Positions 45,562-55,979 of a stretch of DNA of 64,000 nt are shown here, piece by piece (positions within the stretch are counted from its first letter, which is position 1; each line of letters starts with the position of its first letter). The translations under genes were made by a program, and so were the position numbers. Source of the DNA: an uncultured Lachnospiraceae bacterium (GTDB taxonomy: Bacteria > Bacillota > Clostridia > Lachnospirales > Lachnospiraceae); contig CAJUCC010000037.1 of assembly GCA_910585205.1 (NCBI GenBank), positions 680 to 64,679 on the forward strand, written 5' to 3'. The notes under the pieces are model-generated. The model did no database searches, was not told the DNA's origin, and saw only the letters and a program-made list of their open reading frames with translations.

Positions 45562-46251
45562 ATGAAACATGGTAAAAAATATAAAGAGGCGGCAGCGCAG
45601 GTTGACCGCGCTACGCTGTATGAACCGGCCGAAGCCATTGCGCTGGTAAAGAAGACGGCAACGGCAAAGTTTGACGAGACGATGGAACTGCATATCAGAA
45701 CAGGCTGCGACGGCCGTCATGCCGAGCAGCAGATCCGCGGCGCAGTCGTACTGCCGAACGGAACCGGAAAAACGGTTAAGGTGCTGGTATTTGCCAAAGG
45801 CGATAAAGTAAACGAAGCGGAAGCGGCAGGCGCCGATTATGTAGGCGGGGATGAGCTGATCCCGAAGATTCAGAACGACGGCTGGCTGGATTTTGACGTT
45901 GTGGTTGCGACACCGGATATGATGGGTATTGTGGGCCGTCTCGGTAAGGTGCTGGGTCCCAAAGGCCTGATGCCCAACCCCAAGGCCGGCACGGTGACGA
46001 TGGATGTGACCAAGGCGATCAATGACATCAAAGCCGGTAAGATCGAGTACAGACTGGATAAGACCAATATCGTCCATGTACCGGTTGGAAAGATTTCCTT
46101 TACGGACGAGAAGTTAAAGGAAAACTTTGACGCGATTATGGATGCGATTATGAAAGCAAAACCCAGTGCAGTAAAAGGACAGTACCTGAGAAGCGTAACG
46201 CTGGCTTCCACAATGGGCCCCGGCGTAAAGATTAATGTTGCAAAACTTTAA
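45562..46251 (+). CDS. rplA: 50S ribosomal protein L1
   Basis: [31 protein letters not shown]...[12 protein letters not shown]...[10 protein letters not shown]. Confidence 0.97.
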   Translation: MKHGKKYKEAAAQVDRATLYEPAEAIALVKKTATAKFDETMELHIRTGCDGRHAEQQIRGAVVLPNGTGKTVKVLVFAKGDKVNEAEAAGADYVGGDELIPKIQNDGWLDFDVVVATPDMMGIVGRLGKVLGPKGLMPNPKAGTVTMDVTKAINDIKAGKIEYRLDKTNIVHVPVGKISFTDEKLKENFDAIMDAIMKAKPSAVKGQYLRSVTLASTMGPGVKINVAKL

Positions 46252-46269
46252 CTGGATATGGGAGAATAC

Positions 46270-46299
46270 GGAGGCAGCGGGTTTTCGCTGCTTCCTTTT
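46270..46299 (+). terminator. intrinsic terminator after rplA
   Basis: GGAGGCAGCG (46270-46279) pairs with CGCTGCTTCC (46286-46295) with one G-U pair and a 6-nt loop, then TTTT. Confidence 0.6.
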
Positions 46300-46319
46300 C
46301 TATCACGGAGAAAGAAGAT

Positions 46320-47786
46320 ATGCTTTTTAACTCTTATATATTTATTTTGTTTTTTCTGCCTCTGTGTGTGGCCATGTACTTTTTATTGTATTATTTCAGA
46401 ATGGGAAAAGCGGCGCGGCTCTGGCTACTGGGGATGTCGCTCTGGTTTTACGGCTATTTTAACCCATCCTATGTATTGATTATCTGCGGCAGCATTGTGG
46501 TGAATTTTATTATTTCGCAGTTTCTGCTCCGGCAGCGCCGACTGGGCAGAGCGCGGACTGCGGCGGCAGGTATGGCGGCAGGGGTATGCCTGAATATCGC
46601 CCTGCTTTTTTATTTTAAATATTTTGACTTTTTTCTGGAAAATATCAATGCCGTATTTCATACGGATTTTGCTCTGCGCAATATTGTTCTGCCGCTGGGG
46701 ATCAGCTTTTTTACGTTTCAGCAGATTTCCTATGTGGTGGATTCCTACCGGGGCGAGACGGCGGGATATTCTCTGCTGGACTATGCGGTCTTTGTCTCCT
46801 TTTTTCCCCAGCTCGTGGCCGGGCCGATCGTGCTGCATGATGAACTGATTCCGCAGCTGCGGGACGAAGAAAGGCACAGGCCGGACGCGTACTGCCTGGC
46901 GAGAGGGCTGTATCTCTTTGCGGCAGGTCTGTTTAAGAAGGTGATTGTTGCAGACACACTGGGCAATCTGGTGGCGCTCGGCTTCGGGGGTCTGGAAATC
47001 CTGACGACAGTGGATGCCTTGCTGGTCATTTTTGCCTTTGCCCTGCAGCTCTATTTTGATTTCAGCGGCTACAGCGATATGGCGGTGGGGATTGCATCGA
47101 TGTTTCATATTACGCTGCCGATGAACTTTAATTCGCCGTATAAGGCGCGCTCGATTCTGGAGTTCTGGGACAGATGGCATATGACACTGACGCGCTTTCT
47201 GCGCAGATATATTTACTTTCCGCTTGGCGGAAGCCGAAAGGGAAGACTGCGGACATACGGAAATATTATGATAGTATTTCTGGTGAGCGGTTTCTGGCAC
47301 GGCGCAAACTGGACGTTTGTTGTCTGGGGCCTGTTACATGGTTTGGCGGAAGTGCTGACAAGGCGGTTTCGCAATACATGGGACAGGATACCGGGCGTGA
47401 TCCAGTGGTTTTTGACGTTTGGCTTTGTGAGCTTTGCCTTTCTCATTTTCCGGGCGGGTTCGCTGGAACAGGCGTATATTATGTTCCGCAAAGTGGCAAA
47501 GCTGGAATCTTTCCAAATAACGCCTGTTATGCTGGAGGGGCTTACGCTGCCGGAGGTGATGCATCTGGAAGAACTGCTGCATTTGGACGGCCTGCTCGAC
47601 GGCCGTTACGGACTGCATCTGTGGATTTTTCTTGCGGCAGTGCTGTTTGCGGCGCTTGGAACCAAAAACTGTCAGGAGAAAGCGTTTGTCTGCAATAAGC
47701 GCAGCCTGGCCGCTACGGTGGGGATGCTGTTCTGGACGATTATCTCACTGTCCGGGATTTCGACGTTTCTGTATTTTAATTTTTAG
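46320..47786 (+). CDS. MBOAT-family membrane-bound O-acyltransferase (AlgI/DltB-like)
   Basis: Polytopic. ISFFTFQQISYVVDSYRG, FFPQLVAGPIV, FWDRWHMTLTRFLRRYIYFPLGGSR and SGFWHGANW include the conserved MBOAT His. Confidence 0.9.
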   Translation: MLFNSYIFILFFLPLCVAMYFLLYYFRMGKAARLWLLGMSLWFYGYFNPSYVLIICGSIVVNFIISQFLLRQRRLGRARTAAAGMAAGVCLNIALLFYFKYFDFFLENINAVFHTDFALRNIVLPLGISFFTFQQISYVVDSYRGETAGYSLLDYAVFVSFFPQLVAGPIVLHDELIPQLRDEERHRPDAYCLARGLYLFAAGLFKKVIVADTLGNLVALGFGGLEILTTVDALLVIFAFALQLYFDFSGYSDMAVGIASMFHITLPMNFNSPYKARSILEFWDRWHMTLTRFLRRYIYFPLGGSRKGRLRTYGNIMIVFLVSGFWHGANWTFVVWGLLHGLAEVLTRRFRNTWDRIPGVIQWFLTFGFVSFAFLIFRAGSLEQAYIMFRKVAKLESFQITPVMLEGLTLPEVMHLEELLHLDGLLDGRYGLHLWIFLAAVLFAALGTKNCQEKAFVCNKRSLAATVGMLFWTIISLSGISTFLYFNF

Positions 47787-47849
47787 TCGGGTGTTTCGCG
47801 GCGGCGGTTTCCGGTACGGGAGCTGCGGCCGTAACAGAGGTATGGTTGT

Positions 47850-48905
47850 ATGAAGGCAAAAACGTGGTTTGCGGGAGCGCTGGGCGGTACATTGTTGTTA
47901 TTGGCGGCATTTGCCGGATATATTATAACGATCGATCCCTTTTTTCATTATCATGGGCCGCTGGCGGCTCTGGCATATAAATTAGATAACAGCCGTTATC
48001 AAAATGACGGGATTGTTCGCCACTTTGCGTATGATACGCTGATTACGGGTACCTCCATGGTGTCTAATTTTAAGACGAGTGAATGCGATGCGCTGTTCGG
48101 CGGGACCTCTGTGAAGACGCCGTTTCACGGCGGGACATTCCGGGAGGTGAATGACAATCTGGAGGCGGCGATCCGGGCAAATCCCGATCTGCGCACCGTC
48201 ATTCGGTGTCTGGATCAGGGGAACTTTACCCAGGATAAGGATTATGTCAACTATGAAGGGATTCCGTATTATCTGTATGACCAAAACCCGTTTAACGACA
48301 CGGAATATATTCTGAATAAAGATGTGTTTATCCTGTCGGATACCGTGTTGACCGATACGGCGGCCGGCGGCAGGATAACGGACTTTGACGAATATATGAA
48401 CTGGCAGGGGGAGTATGCGTTCGGAAAGGAAGCGGTGCTGGCGACCTATGACAGACCTGCGCAGAGCAGTTATGACAAAGGGCTGGCGGAGGCGGAGCGG
48501 GAGCAGACGCTTGCCAATATCCGTCAGAATGTGACGGATACGGCCCGGGCGCATCCTGAGATTACGTTTTATTATTATTTCTCTCCGTACAGTATCTGTT
48601 ACTGGGACGTGCATGTGATGCGACAGGGGAAACTGGACTGGTATATGGAGCTGCAGGAATTGGTGATGGAAGAAATCCTGACCTGTGATAATATCCGGCT
48701 CTTTGCCTACGATGACAATACGGAACTGACCTGCAATCTGGACTATTATCAGGATCAGATGCATTACAGTGAGGAGATCAATTCCCGGCTGCTGCAGTGG
48801 ATGCATGCGGGAAACGGGCGGATTACGAAGGAGAATTATCGGGCGTATCTGCGGCGGATCTATGAATTCTACGGAGCGTATGATTATGACAGCATCTACT
48901 CGTAA
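47850..48905 (+). CDS. membrane-anchored extracytoplasmic protein, possible SGNH/DltD-like acyl-transfer partner of the MBOAT
   Basis: N-terminal TM (FAGALGGTLLLLAAFAGYIITI). LITGTSMV is a possible block I Ser and YYQDQMHYS a possible D-x-x-H. The assignment is motif-level only. Confidence 0.4.
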   Translation: MKAKTWFAGALGGTLLLLAAFAGYIITIDPFFHYHGPLAALAYKLDNSRYQNDGIVRHFAYDTLITGTSMVSNFKTSECDALFGGTSVKTPFHGGTFREVNDNLEAAIRANPDLRTVIRCLDQGNFTQDKDYVNYEGIPYYLYDQNPFNDTEYILNKDVFILSDTVLTDTAAGGRITDFDEYMNWQGEYAFGKEAVLATYDRPAQSSYDKGLAEAEREQTLANIRQNVTDTARAHPEITFYYYFSPYSICYWDVHVMRQGKLDWYMELQELVMEEILTCDNIRLFAYDDNTELTCNLDYYQDQMHYSEEINSRLLQWMHAGNGRITKENYRAYLRRIYEFYGAYDYDSIYS

Positions 48906-50577
48906 AAAAAGTGCCGGGAAGAAAAAAACGGCGGTGAATACAGTGCAGCCGGGCAGTGCAAAACCGCAGGGCAGAGAGACGTCGAAGGACAAAAAGACTT
49001 CGGGTGAGGCGAAATTGTTTCAGGGCGCGCAGCTATATCCGGGTCTGGATAAGCCGGCAGTCAGGCCGTTTGCGGGGGCGAGGCCGTCCGCAGGTATGAG
49101 CCGGCCGGCGGCGAAATCGTCCGCAGCCGGGAAAGGGCGGCCGGCGGGCGTGAAAGCGTCTGCGGATGCGAAAGAGCGGCCGGCCGACGGAAAACCGTCT
49201 GCGGACGGAAAAGAGAAAAACGGCGCGAAGCCGGGCGCTGCTTCGAAGAAATCTGCGGATGCGAAAAAAACCGGAGATCCGAAAAGAGCTGCGGATCGGA
49301 AAAAGCGCCCGGCAAAGCGGAAACGGAAAAATAAGCTGGCGCTCTTTGCCACTGTTTTCTGTATGGTTATGACGGTGGGCGGTGTGTTTCTGGCGCTTGC
49401 TTCGGTCGGAAAGGCGCGGGAAAATACCGATTCGGGCTCTGCGGAAGGCGGCGGGACGGAAGAAATTACGGCGGAGATCACACAGACGCCGCCGGAACCG
49501 GAGGGGGACGACTTTTCGGGCGAAACGCAGGATGCGGCAGCGGAAAGCCGGTACGGCGCATTGCTGGCCGATGCGGAACGGATGGAGCGGGAACGGATTT
49601 ACGCGGCGCAGACGGTTTCTTCGGATGAAATTGTCATGGCCTTTGCGGGGGATATTCTCTTTGACCCCAGTTATGCGGTTATGGCAAAACTGCAGCAGCG
49701 CGGCGGGGCGATAACGGAAGCGTTTTCCGAAGATCTTCTGGCCGAAATGCGCGGCGCGGATATTTTTATGGTAAATAATGAATTCCCCTATACCAGCCGG
49801 GGGACGCCGACGGCGGGGAAACAGTTTACATTCCGTGCAAAGCCGGAGAGCGCGTCCTATCTGACGGATATGGGAGTGGACATCGTTTCGCTGGCCAACA
49901 ACCATGCCTATGATTACGGAGAGGTTTCGCTGCTGGACAGTCTGGATACGCTGGAGGCCATGGGCATGCCGTATGTCGGGGCCGGGCGGAATCTGGAGGA
50001 AGCCGTAAGACCGGTGAGCTTTATTGCCAACGACAAAAAGATTACGATTCTTTCGGCAACCCAGATCGAGCGCAATGACAATCCGGACACGAAGGGGGCG
50101 GGAGAGAGTACGCCGGGGACATTCCGCTGTTGGAATCCGGACCGTCTGCTGGAGGAAATACGCAAAAACAGGGCGGACTGCGATATTCTGATCGTCTACA
50201 TTCACTGGGGGACGGAGAGCCAGGCCGAGACCGACTGGGCGCAGCGGGATCAGGCGGCGGCCATCGCCGAGGCGGGGGCGGATGTGATTATCGGAGACCA
50301 CTCCCATTGCCTGCAGCCCGTCGGATATGTAAACGATGTGCCGGTGATATACAGTCTGGGCAATTTCTGGTTTAATTCCAAAGCGCAGGACACCTGCCTG
50401 GTACAGGTGCGGATTCCCGGAGAGGGGGCGCTGGCTGTCAGAGTGCTGCCCGCCAGACAGTCCGACTGCCGCACGAAGCTTCTGGACGGTGCGGAAAAAA
50501 AACGTGTCATTCAATATATCAATTCCATTTCCGGAAGCGGTATGCTGGATGAGGACGGGTATCTGCAGAGAAAGTGA
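48880..50577 (+). CDS. CapA/PGA_cap-family metallophosphoesterase-like protein with a Lys/Ala/Pro-rich N-terminal tail and one TM
   Basis: ATG 48880 lies after ACGGAG and overlaps the upstream gene by 26 nt. FAGDILFD, ANNHAYDYG, VYIHWGTE and GDHSHCLQP are CapA-type blocks. TM segment LALFATVFCMVMTVGGVFLALASV. Confidence 0.8.
   Translation: MIMTASTRKKSAGKKKTAVNTVQPGSAKPQGRETSKDKKTSGEAKLFQGAQLYPGLDKPAVRPFAGARPSAGMSRPAAKSSAAGKGRPAGVKASADAKERPADGKPSADGKEKNGAKPGAASKKSADAKKTGDPKRAADRKKRPAKRKRKNKLALFATVFCMVMTVGGVFLALASVGKARENTDSGSAEGGGTEEITAEITQTPPEPEGDDFSGETQDAAAESRYGALLADAERMERERIYAAQTVSSDEIVMAFAGDILFDPSYAVMAKLQQRGGAITEAFSEDLLAEMRGADIFMVNNEFPYTSRGTPTAGKQFTFRAKPESASYLTDMGVDIVSLANNHAYDYGEVSLLDSLDTLEAMGMPYVGAGRNLEEAVRPVSFIANDKKITILSATQIERNDNPDTKGAGESTPGTFRCWNPDRLLEEIRKNRADCDILIVYIHWGTESQAETDWAQRDQAAAIAEAGADVIIGDHSHCLQPVGYVNDVPVIYSLGNFWFNSKAQDTCLVQVRIPGEGALAVRVLPARQSDCRTKLLDGAEKKRVIQYINSISGSGMLDEDGYLQRK
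49050..49335 (+). repeat. degenerate in-frame coding repeats ([S/A]AD[A/G/R]K and RPA-type units) in the CapA-like N-terminal tail
   Basis: TCTGCGGATGCGAAA occurs twice, with TCTGCGGACGGAAAAG and GCTGCGGATCGGAAAAAG variants. Protein: ...ASADAKERPADGKPSADGKEKNGAKPGAASKKSADAKKTGDPKRAADRKKRPAKRKRKNK. Confidence 0.5.
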
Positions 50578-50635
50578 GATGCGGGGCAGGCGGCTTATTT
50601 TCGAATATGTTGTCCTGAAAAATTCCCGTTTCTAC

Positions 50636-50845
50636 TTGACACATTCCCGTAAGTCTGCTACGATACTTACGGTTTATAAAAACCATGCCGAAGACAGCAG
50701 GTGCCGGTAACGGACCGGTGTAAGGAAAACCGCCTGCCGAGGAAAGAGTTTATACCGATTACTCTGCCTTTCTGTCTTTGACGGAAAGGTTTTTTATTAC
50801 ATGGAAAACTCCTTTCGGCACAAAAATCTATAAGGAGGTAGAAAG
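50636..50845 (+). promoter_or_regulatory. rplJ promoter (TTGACA-17-TACGAT) plus L10-leader-type attenuator region
   Basis: TTGACA at 50636-50641 and TACGAT at 50659-50664. A roughly 180-nt leader contains the hairpin CCTTTCTGTC/GACGGAAAGG (50767-50789) followed by TTTTTTA, as expected for Firmicute L10(L12) autoregulatory leaders. Confidence 0.55.
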
Positions 50846-51397
50846 ATGGCAAAAGTGGAATTGAAGAAGCCTGTCGTGGATGAGATTGCGGAAAGCATCA
50901 AAGATGCGCAGTCTGTCGTGCTGGTGGATTACCGCGGACTTACGGTTGAGCAGGATACAAGACTGCGGAAACAGCTCCGGGAAGCCGGTGTAACGTACAG
51001 GGTTTATAAGAACACAATGATGAATTTTGCGTTCAAGGGAACGGACTGCGAAGCGCTCACGCCGTATCTGGAGGGTCCCAGTGCGATGGCGCTTTCCACA
51101 ACGGATGCGACTGCTCCGGCAAGAATCATCAGCAAGTTTGCAAAGGAAGCGCCGGTACTGGAAATCAAGGGCGGTATCGTGGAAGGCATCGCATACGATG
51201 CAAAGGGGATTGCTTCGATCGCGAGTATCCCTTCCAGGGAAGAATTGCTTTCCAAGCTGCTCGGAAGCATGCAGGCTCCGATCGCGAACTTCGCGCGTGT
51301 TATGGATCAGCTTGCTGAAAAAGGCGGCGCGGAAGCTGCAATGGCAGCAAAAGAGCAGGCGCCTGCCGCAGAGAGTGCAGAAGCCGCCGCAGAGTAA
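50846..51397 (+). CDS. rplJ: 50S ribosomal protein L10
   Basis: KKPVVDEIAESIKDAQSVVLVDYRGLTVEQDTRLRKQLREAGVTYRVYKNT. Confidence 0.95.
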   Translation: MAKVELKKPVVDEIAESIKDAQSVVLVDYRGLTVEQDTRLRKQLREAGVTYRVYKNTMMNFAFKGTDCEALTPYLEGPSAMALSTTDATAPARIISKFAKEAPVLEIKGGIVEGIAYDAKGIASIASIPSREELLSKLLGSMQAPIANFARVMDQLAEKGGAEAAMAAKEQAPAAESAEAAAE

Positions 51398-51472
51398 TGC
51401 GGCCTGAAACGGAACTGCCGCGGCCCGGCAGTCACAGAGAAAAAACGAAAATTATAAATGGAGGGAAATATC

Positions 51473-51847
51473 ATGGCAAAATTGTCCACACAGGAAATTA
51501 TTGATGCGATTAAAGAACTGACCGTACTGGAATTAAACGATCTGGTAAAAGCATGTGAAGAAGAATTCGGCGTATCCGCAGCAGCGAACATGGTTATCGC
51601 AACAGGCGGCGGCGAAGCGGAAGCTGCCGACGAGCAGACAGAATTCAATGTAGAGCTGACAGAAGTCGGCCCGAACAAAGTTAAGGTTATCAAAGTGGTT
51701 CGTGAAGTAACCGGCCTTGGCCTGAAAGAAGCTAAGGATTTGGTAGATTCCGCACCGAAGGTAGTAAAAGAGGGCGTATCCAAAGAAGAAGCAGAAGACC
51801 TGAAGGCAAAGCTGGAAGGCGAAGGCGCAAAGGTAACGCTGAAATAA
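51473..51847 (+). CDS. rplL: 50S ribosomal protein L7/L12
   Basis: [26 protein letters not shown]...[50 protein letters not shown]. Confidence 0.97.
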   Translation: MAKLSTQEIIDAIKELTVLELNDLVKACEEEFGVSAAANMVIATGGGEAEAADEQTEFNVELTEVGPNKVKVIKVVREVTGLGLKEAKDLVDSAPKVVKEGVSKEEAEDLKAKLEGEGAKVTLK

Positions 51848-51954
51848 GCAGATCCGATACAGGTATGATAAAGAACCGGGAGAGCATTGTGGTTGAAGCA
51901 AGGGCTTTTCCGGTTCTTGTTATATGGCATTGTGTTCCGGCAGGAAAAATTTTC

Positions 51955-51983
51955 TTGACGCCGGAACTTTCTTGTAGTAGAAT
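51955..51983 (+). promoter_or_regulatory. sigma-A-type promoter candidate upstream of rpoB (TTGACG-17-TAGAAT)
   Basis: TTGACG at 51955-51960; TAGAAT at 51978-51983. Confidence 0.4.
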
Positions 51984-52068
51984 GGACAGTGCACTATTGT
52001 GGTGTGGTATGCTTATTTATATGAGAAGACATGGAAAATAGGCTAAGATCATAGAAGAACGGGGTGAA

Positions 52069-55000
52069 ATGTCAATGGAAAAAAACAGAATACGTCCTAC
52101 TGCCGCGGGCAAAAACGTACGTATGAGTTATTCGAGACAAAAAGAAGTTTTAGAGATGCCGAACCTGATAGAAGTTCAGAAAAATTCTTATCAGTGGTTT
52201 TTAAAAGAAGGCTTGAAAGAAGTATTTGAAGATATTTCTCCGATTGCAGACTACAGTGGTCATTTAAGCCTTGAGTTCGTTGACTTTGAATTGTGCAAGG
52301 ACGAAATGCCGGTCAATAAGAATACCATTGAGAAATGTAAGGAGCGCGACGCAACCTATGCGGCTCCTCTGAAGGTGAGAGTGCGTCTGTACAATAAGGA
52401 AAAAGAAGAGATCAGCGAACATGAAATATTTATGGGCGATCTTCCCCTTATGACAGAAACAGGCACCTTTGTGATTAATGGTGCAGAACGGGTTATCGTC
52501 AGCCAGTTGGTACGTTCCCCGGGTATCTACTATGCGATCGATCATGACAAGATCGGCAAGCGGCTGTTTTCCTGTACGGTTATCCCGAATCGCGGTGCAT
52601 GGCTGGAATATGAAACAGACTCCAATGATATTTTCTATGTTCGTGTTGACAGGACGAGAAAAGTGCCGATTACGGTTTTGATTCGTGCCTTGGGTGTCGG
52701 GACCAACGATGAGATCAGAGAGCTGTTCGGAGACGAGCCGAAGATAGAGGCAAGCTTTGCCAAAGACGTCTCTGAAAACTATCAGGAAGGTCTGCTGGAA
52801 CTGTATAAAAAGATCCGTCCCGGCGAGCCGCTTTCCGTGGAGAGCGCGGAGAGCCTGATTAATGCCATGTTTTTTGATCCGCGGAGATATGACCTGGCAA
52901 AGGTCGGCCGGTATAAATTCAACAAAAAGCTGGCGCTGCGCAACCGGATTCGCCACCATATACTGGCGGAGGATGCGGTGGATATACAGACCGGAGAAAT
53001 TCTGGCTGAGGCAGGTACGAAGGTAACGGCAGAGCTGGCGGATGCGATTCAGAATGCGGCAATACCATACGTAATGATTCAGACGGAAGAACGCAATGTA
53101 AAGGTTCTCTCCAATATGATGGTGGAGATTACGAACTTTGTGGACTGTAATCCGCGGGAACTCGGTGTGACGGAGCTGGTGTATTATCCGGTTCTGGAAC
53201 AGATTCTGGAAGAGTATGGACAGGAACCGGGGGAACTGGCAGCGGCAATCCGGCGGAATGTACATGAACTGATTCCGAAGCATATTACCAAAGAGGATAT
53301 TCTGGCTTCCATCAACTATAATATCCATCTGGAATATGGCATCGGCAACGACGATGATATTGACCACCTGGGGAATCGGCGTATCCGCGCGGTCGGAGAG
53401 CTTTTGCAGAACCAGTACCGGATCGGTTTGTCGAGACTGGAGCGCGTCGTTCGGGAGAGAATGACCACCCACGATGCGGAAGAGATTTCTCCGCAGGTGC
53501 TGATTAATATCAAGCCGGTGCAGGCGGCAGTCAAGGAATTTTTCGGTTCCTCCCAGTTGTCGCAGTTTATGGATCAGAACAATCCGCTTGGCGAGCTGAC
53601 GCATAAGCGCCGTCTTTCCGCACTGGGACCGGGCGGTCTGTCGAGAGACCGGGCAGGGTTTGAGGTGCGTGACGTGCATTATTCCCATTACGGAAGAATG
53701 TGCCCGATTGAGACGCCAGAAGGTCCGAACATCGGTCTGATTAATTCGCTGGCAAGTTATGCGAGAATCAATGAATATGGCTTTGTCGAAGCGCCATATC
53801 GGAAAATTGATAAAACCGATCCCCGAAATCCGCGTGTCACGGATGAAGTTGTCTATATGACGGCGGACGAGGAAGACAATTATCATGTGGCGCAGGCGAA
53901 CGAAGCGCTGGACGAAAACGGATATTTTGTCAGAAACAGCGTATCGGGCCGTTTCCATGAAGAGACACAGGAATATCCCAAGTCGATGTTTGACTATATG
54001 GACGTTTCGCCGAAAATGGTATTTTCGGTGGCGACGGCTCTGATTCCGTTCCTGGAAAACGACGACGCGAACCGTGCCCTGATGGGATCTAACATGCAGC
54101 GTCAGGCGGTGCCGCTGCTGCTCACGGAAGCGCCGGTGGTCGGCACGGGTATGGAGCCGAAAGCGGCTGTTGACTCAGGTGTGTGCGTCGTGGCGAAAAA
54201 GCCGGGTACGGTCAGCTATGTGGCATCCAACGAGATTCGGATCGAATATGACGACGGTGAAAAAGAGACGATCCGCCTGACGAAATTTTCCAGAAGCAAC
54301 CAGTCCAACTGCTATAACCAGAAGCCGATTGTGTTCAAGGGCGACCGGATTGCGGCGGGACAGGTGATTGCTGACGGGCCTTCCACTTCCGAAGGGGAGC
54401 TTGCACTGGGCAAGAATCCGCTGATCGGATTTATGACATGGGAAGGGTATAACTATGAAGACGCCGTACTGTTAAGCGAAAAACTGGTGCGCGATGATGT
54501 GTATACATCCGTGCACATTGAGGAATATGAGGCGGAAGCCCGCGATACGAAACTGGGTGCGGAGGAGATCACATGCGACGTGCCGGGTGTGGGCGATGAC
54601 GCGCTGAAAGATCTGGATGAGCGGGGCATTATCCGCATCGGCGCGGAAGTGCGTGCCGGGGATATTCTGGTCGGCAAGGTGACGCCCAAGGGCGAGACGG
54701 AGCTGACGGCGGAGGAACGTCTGCTGCGGGCCATTTTCGGTGAGAAAGCGCGGGAAGTGCGCGATACGTCTCTGAAAGTGCCGCACGGTGAATACGGCAT
54801 TGTCGTGGATGCCAAAGTGTTTACAAGAGAAAACGGCGACGAACTGCCGCCCGGGGTAAATCAGGCCGTGCGCATCTATATTGCGCAGAAGCGGAAAATC
54901 TCCGTGGGCGATAAGATGGCAGGCCGCCACGGAAATAAGGGTGTGGTTTCCCGTGTGCTTCCGGTGGAAGATATGCCGTATCTGCCGAACGGACGTCCGC

Positions 55001-55938
55001 TGGATATTGTGCTGAATCCGCTTGGCGTGCCTTCCCGTATGAACATTGGACAGGTATTGGAAATTCATCTTTCTCTGGCGGCGAAGGCGCTTGGCTTTAA
55101 CGTGGCGACGCCGGTATTTGACGGCGCCAATGAGATTGATATTATGGATACACTCGATCTGGCAAATGATTATGTCAATCTGGAGTGGGAAGAATTTGAA
55201 GAAAAACATAAAGATGTGCTGCTTCCCGAGGTTATGGAATATTTATCGGAGCATCGGGATCACAGAGAACTGTGGAAAGGCGTACCGATCTCCCGAACCG
55301 GCAAGGTACGTCTGCGCGACGGCCGCACCGGGGAAGAGTTTGACAGTCCGGTAACGATCGGCCATATGCATTATCTGAAGCTGCACCATCTGGTGGACGA
55401 TAAGATTCATGCGCGTTCCACAGGACCGTATGCGCTCGTAACGCAGCAGCCGCTCGGCGGCAAGGCACAGTTCGGCGGACAGCGTTTCGGTGAGATGGAG
55501 GTTTGGGCGCTGGAGGCGTACGGCGCGGCCTATACGCTGCAGGAAATCCTGACTGTGAAATCCGACGATGTGGTCGGCCGTGTCAAGACATACGAGGCCA
55601 TTATCAAGGGCGACAATATCCCTGCGCCGGGTATCCCGGAGTCATTTAAGGTGCTTTTGAAGGAACTGCAGTCTCTGGGACTGGATGTAAAAGTGCTGCG
55701 TGAGGATCAGACCGAGGTAGAGATCGTGGAGAGCATCGATTACGGGGAATCGGATTACCGTTATGAGATGGAGGGAGAACCGGGAGCATATGACCGGGAG
55801 GAAAAATCGCTCGGCTCCATGGGTTATCAGAAGCAGGAATTTGACGAGGAAGGAGAACTGGTCAGCACGGACGAAGAAGACGAGGAGATGTTCGAAGACG
55901 ATTTTGAAGAAGAATACGCAGAGTCTCTGGACGAATAA
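52069..55938 (+). CDS. rpoB: DNA-directed RNA polymerase subunit beta, with an acidic C-terminal extension
   Basis: Full-length match to conserved beta blocks (e.g. [67 protein letters not shown]). Confidence 0.98.
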   Translation: MSMEKNRIRPTAAGKNVRMSYSRQKEVLEMPNLIEVQKNSYQWFLKEGLKEVFEDISPIADYSGHLSLEFVDFELCKDEMPVNKNTIEKCKERDATYAAPLKVRVRLYNKEKEEISEHEIFMGDLPLMTETGTFVINGAERVIVSQLVRSPGIYYAIDHDKIGKRLFSCTVIPNRGAWLEYETDSNDIFYVRVDRTRKVPITVLIRALGVGTNDEIRELFGDEPKIEASFAKDVSENYQEGLLELYKKIRPGEPLSVESAESLINAMFFDPRRYDLAKVGRYKFNKKLALRNRIRHHILAEDAVDIQTGEILAEAGTKVTAELADAIQNAAIPYVMIQTEERNVKVLSNMMVEITNFVDCNPRELGVTELVYYPVLEQILEEYGQEPGELAAAIRRNVHELIPKHITKEDILASINYNIHLEYGIGNDDDIDHLGNRRIRAVGELLQNQYRIGLSRLERVVRERMTTHDAEEISPQVLINIKPVQAAVKEFFGSSQLSQFMDQNNPLGELTHKRRLSALGPGGLSRDRAGFEVRDVHYSHYGRMCPIETPEGPNIGLINSLASYARINEYGFVEAPYRKIDKTDPRNPRVTDEVVYMTADEEDNYHVAQANEALDENGYFVRNSVSGRFHEETQEYPKSMFDYMDVSPKMVFSVATALIPFLENDDANRALMGSNMQRQAVPLLLTEAPVVGTGMEPKAAVDSGVCVVAKKPGTVSYVASNEIRIEYDDGEKETIRLTKFSRSNQSNCYNQKPIVFKGDRIAAGQVIADGPSTSEGELALGKNPLIGFMTWEGYNYEDAVLLSEKLVRDDVYTSVHIEEYEAEARDTKLGAEEITCDVPGVGDDALKDLDERGIIRIGAEVRAGDILVGKVTPKGETELTAEERLLRAIFGEKAREVRDTSLKVPHGEYGIVVDAKVFTRENGDELPPGVNQAVRIYIAQKRKISVGDKMAGRHGNKGVVSRVLPVEDMPYLPNGRPLDIVLNPLGVPSRMNIGQVLEIHLSLAAKALGFNVATPVFDGANEIDIMDTLDLANDYVNLEWEEFEEKHKDVLLPEVMEYLSEHRDHRELWKGVPISRTGKVRLRDGRTGEEFDSPVTIGHMHYLKLHHLVDDKIHARSTGPYALVTQQPLGGKAQFGGQRFGEMEVWALEAYGAAYTLQEILTVKSDDVVGRVKTYEAIIKGDNIPAPGIPESFKVLLKELQSLGLDVKVLREDQTEVEIVESIDYGESDYRYEMEGEPGAYDREEKSLGSMGYQKQEFDEEGELVSTDEEDEEMFEDDFEEEYAESLDE

Positions 55939-55979
55939 CAGTTACGTTCGTACAATATAGTATGGAAGGAGAGCCATAA

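Noticed and set aside
49050-49335. Short direct DNA repeats that could superficially resemble a repeat array.
   Set aside because: The units are irregular, in-frame and translate to a continuous low-complexity protein tail. There is no repeat-spacer periodicity and no cas genes, so this is not a CRISPR array.
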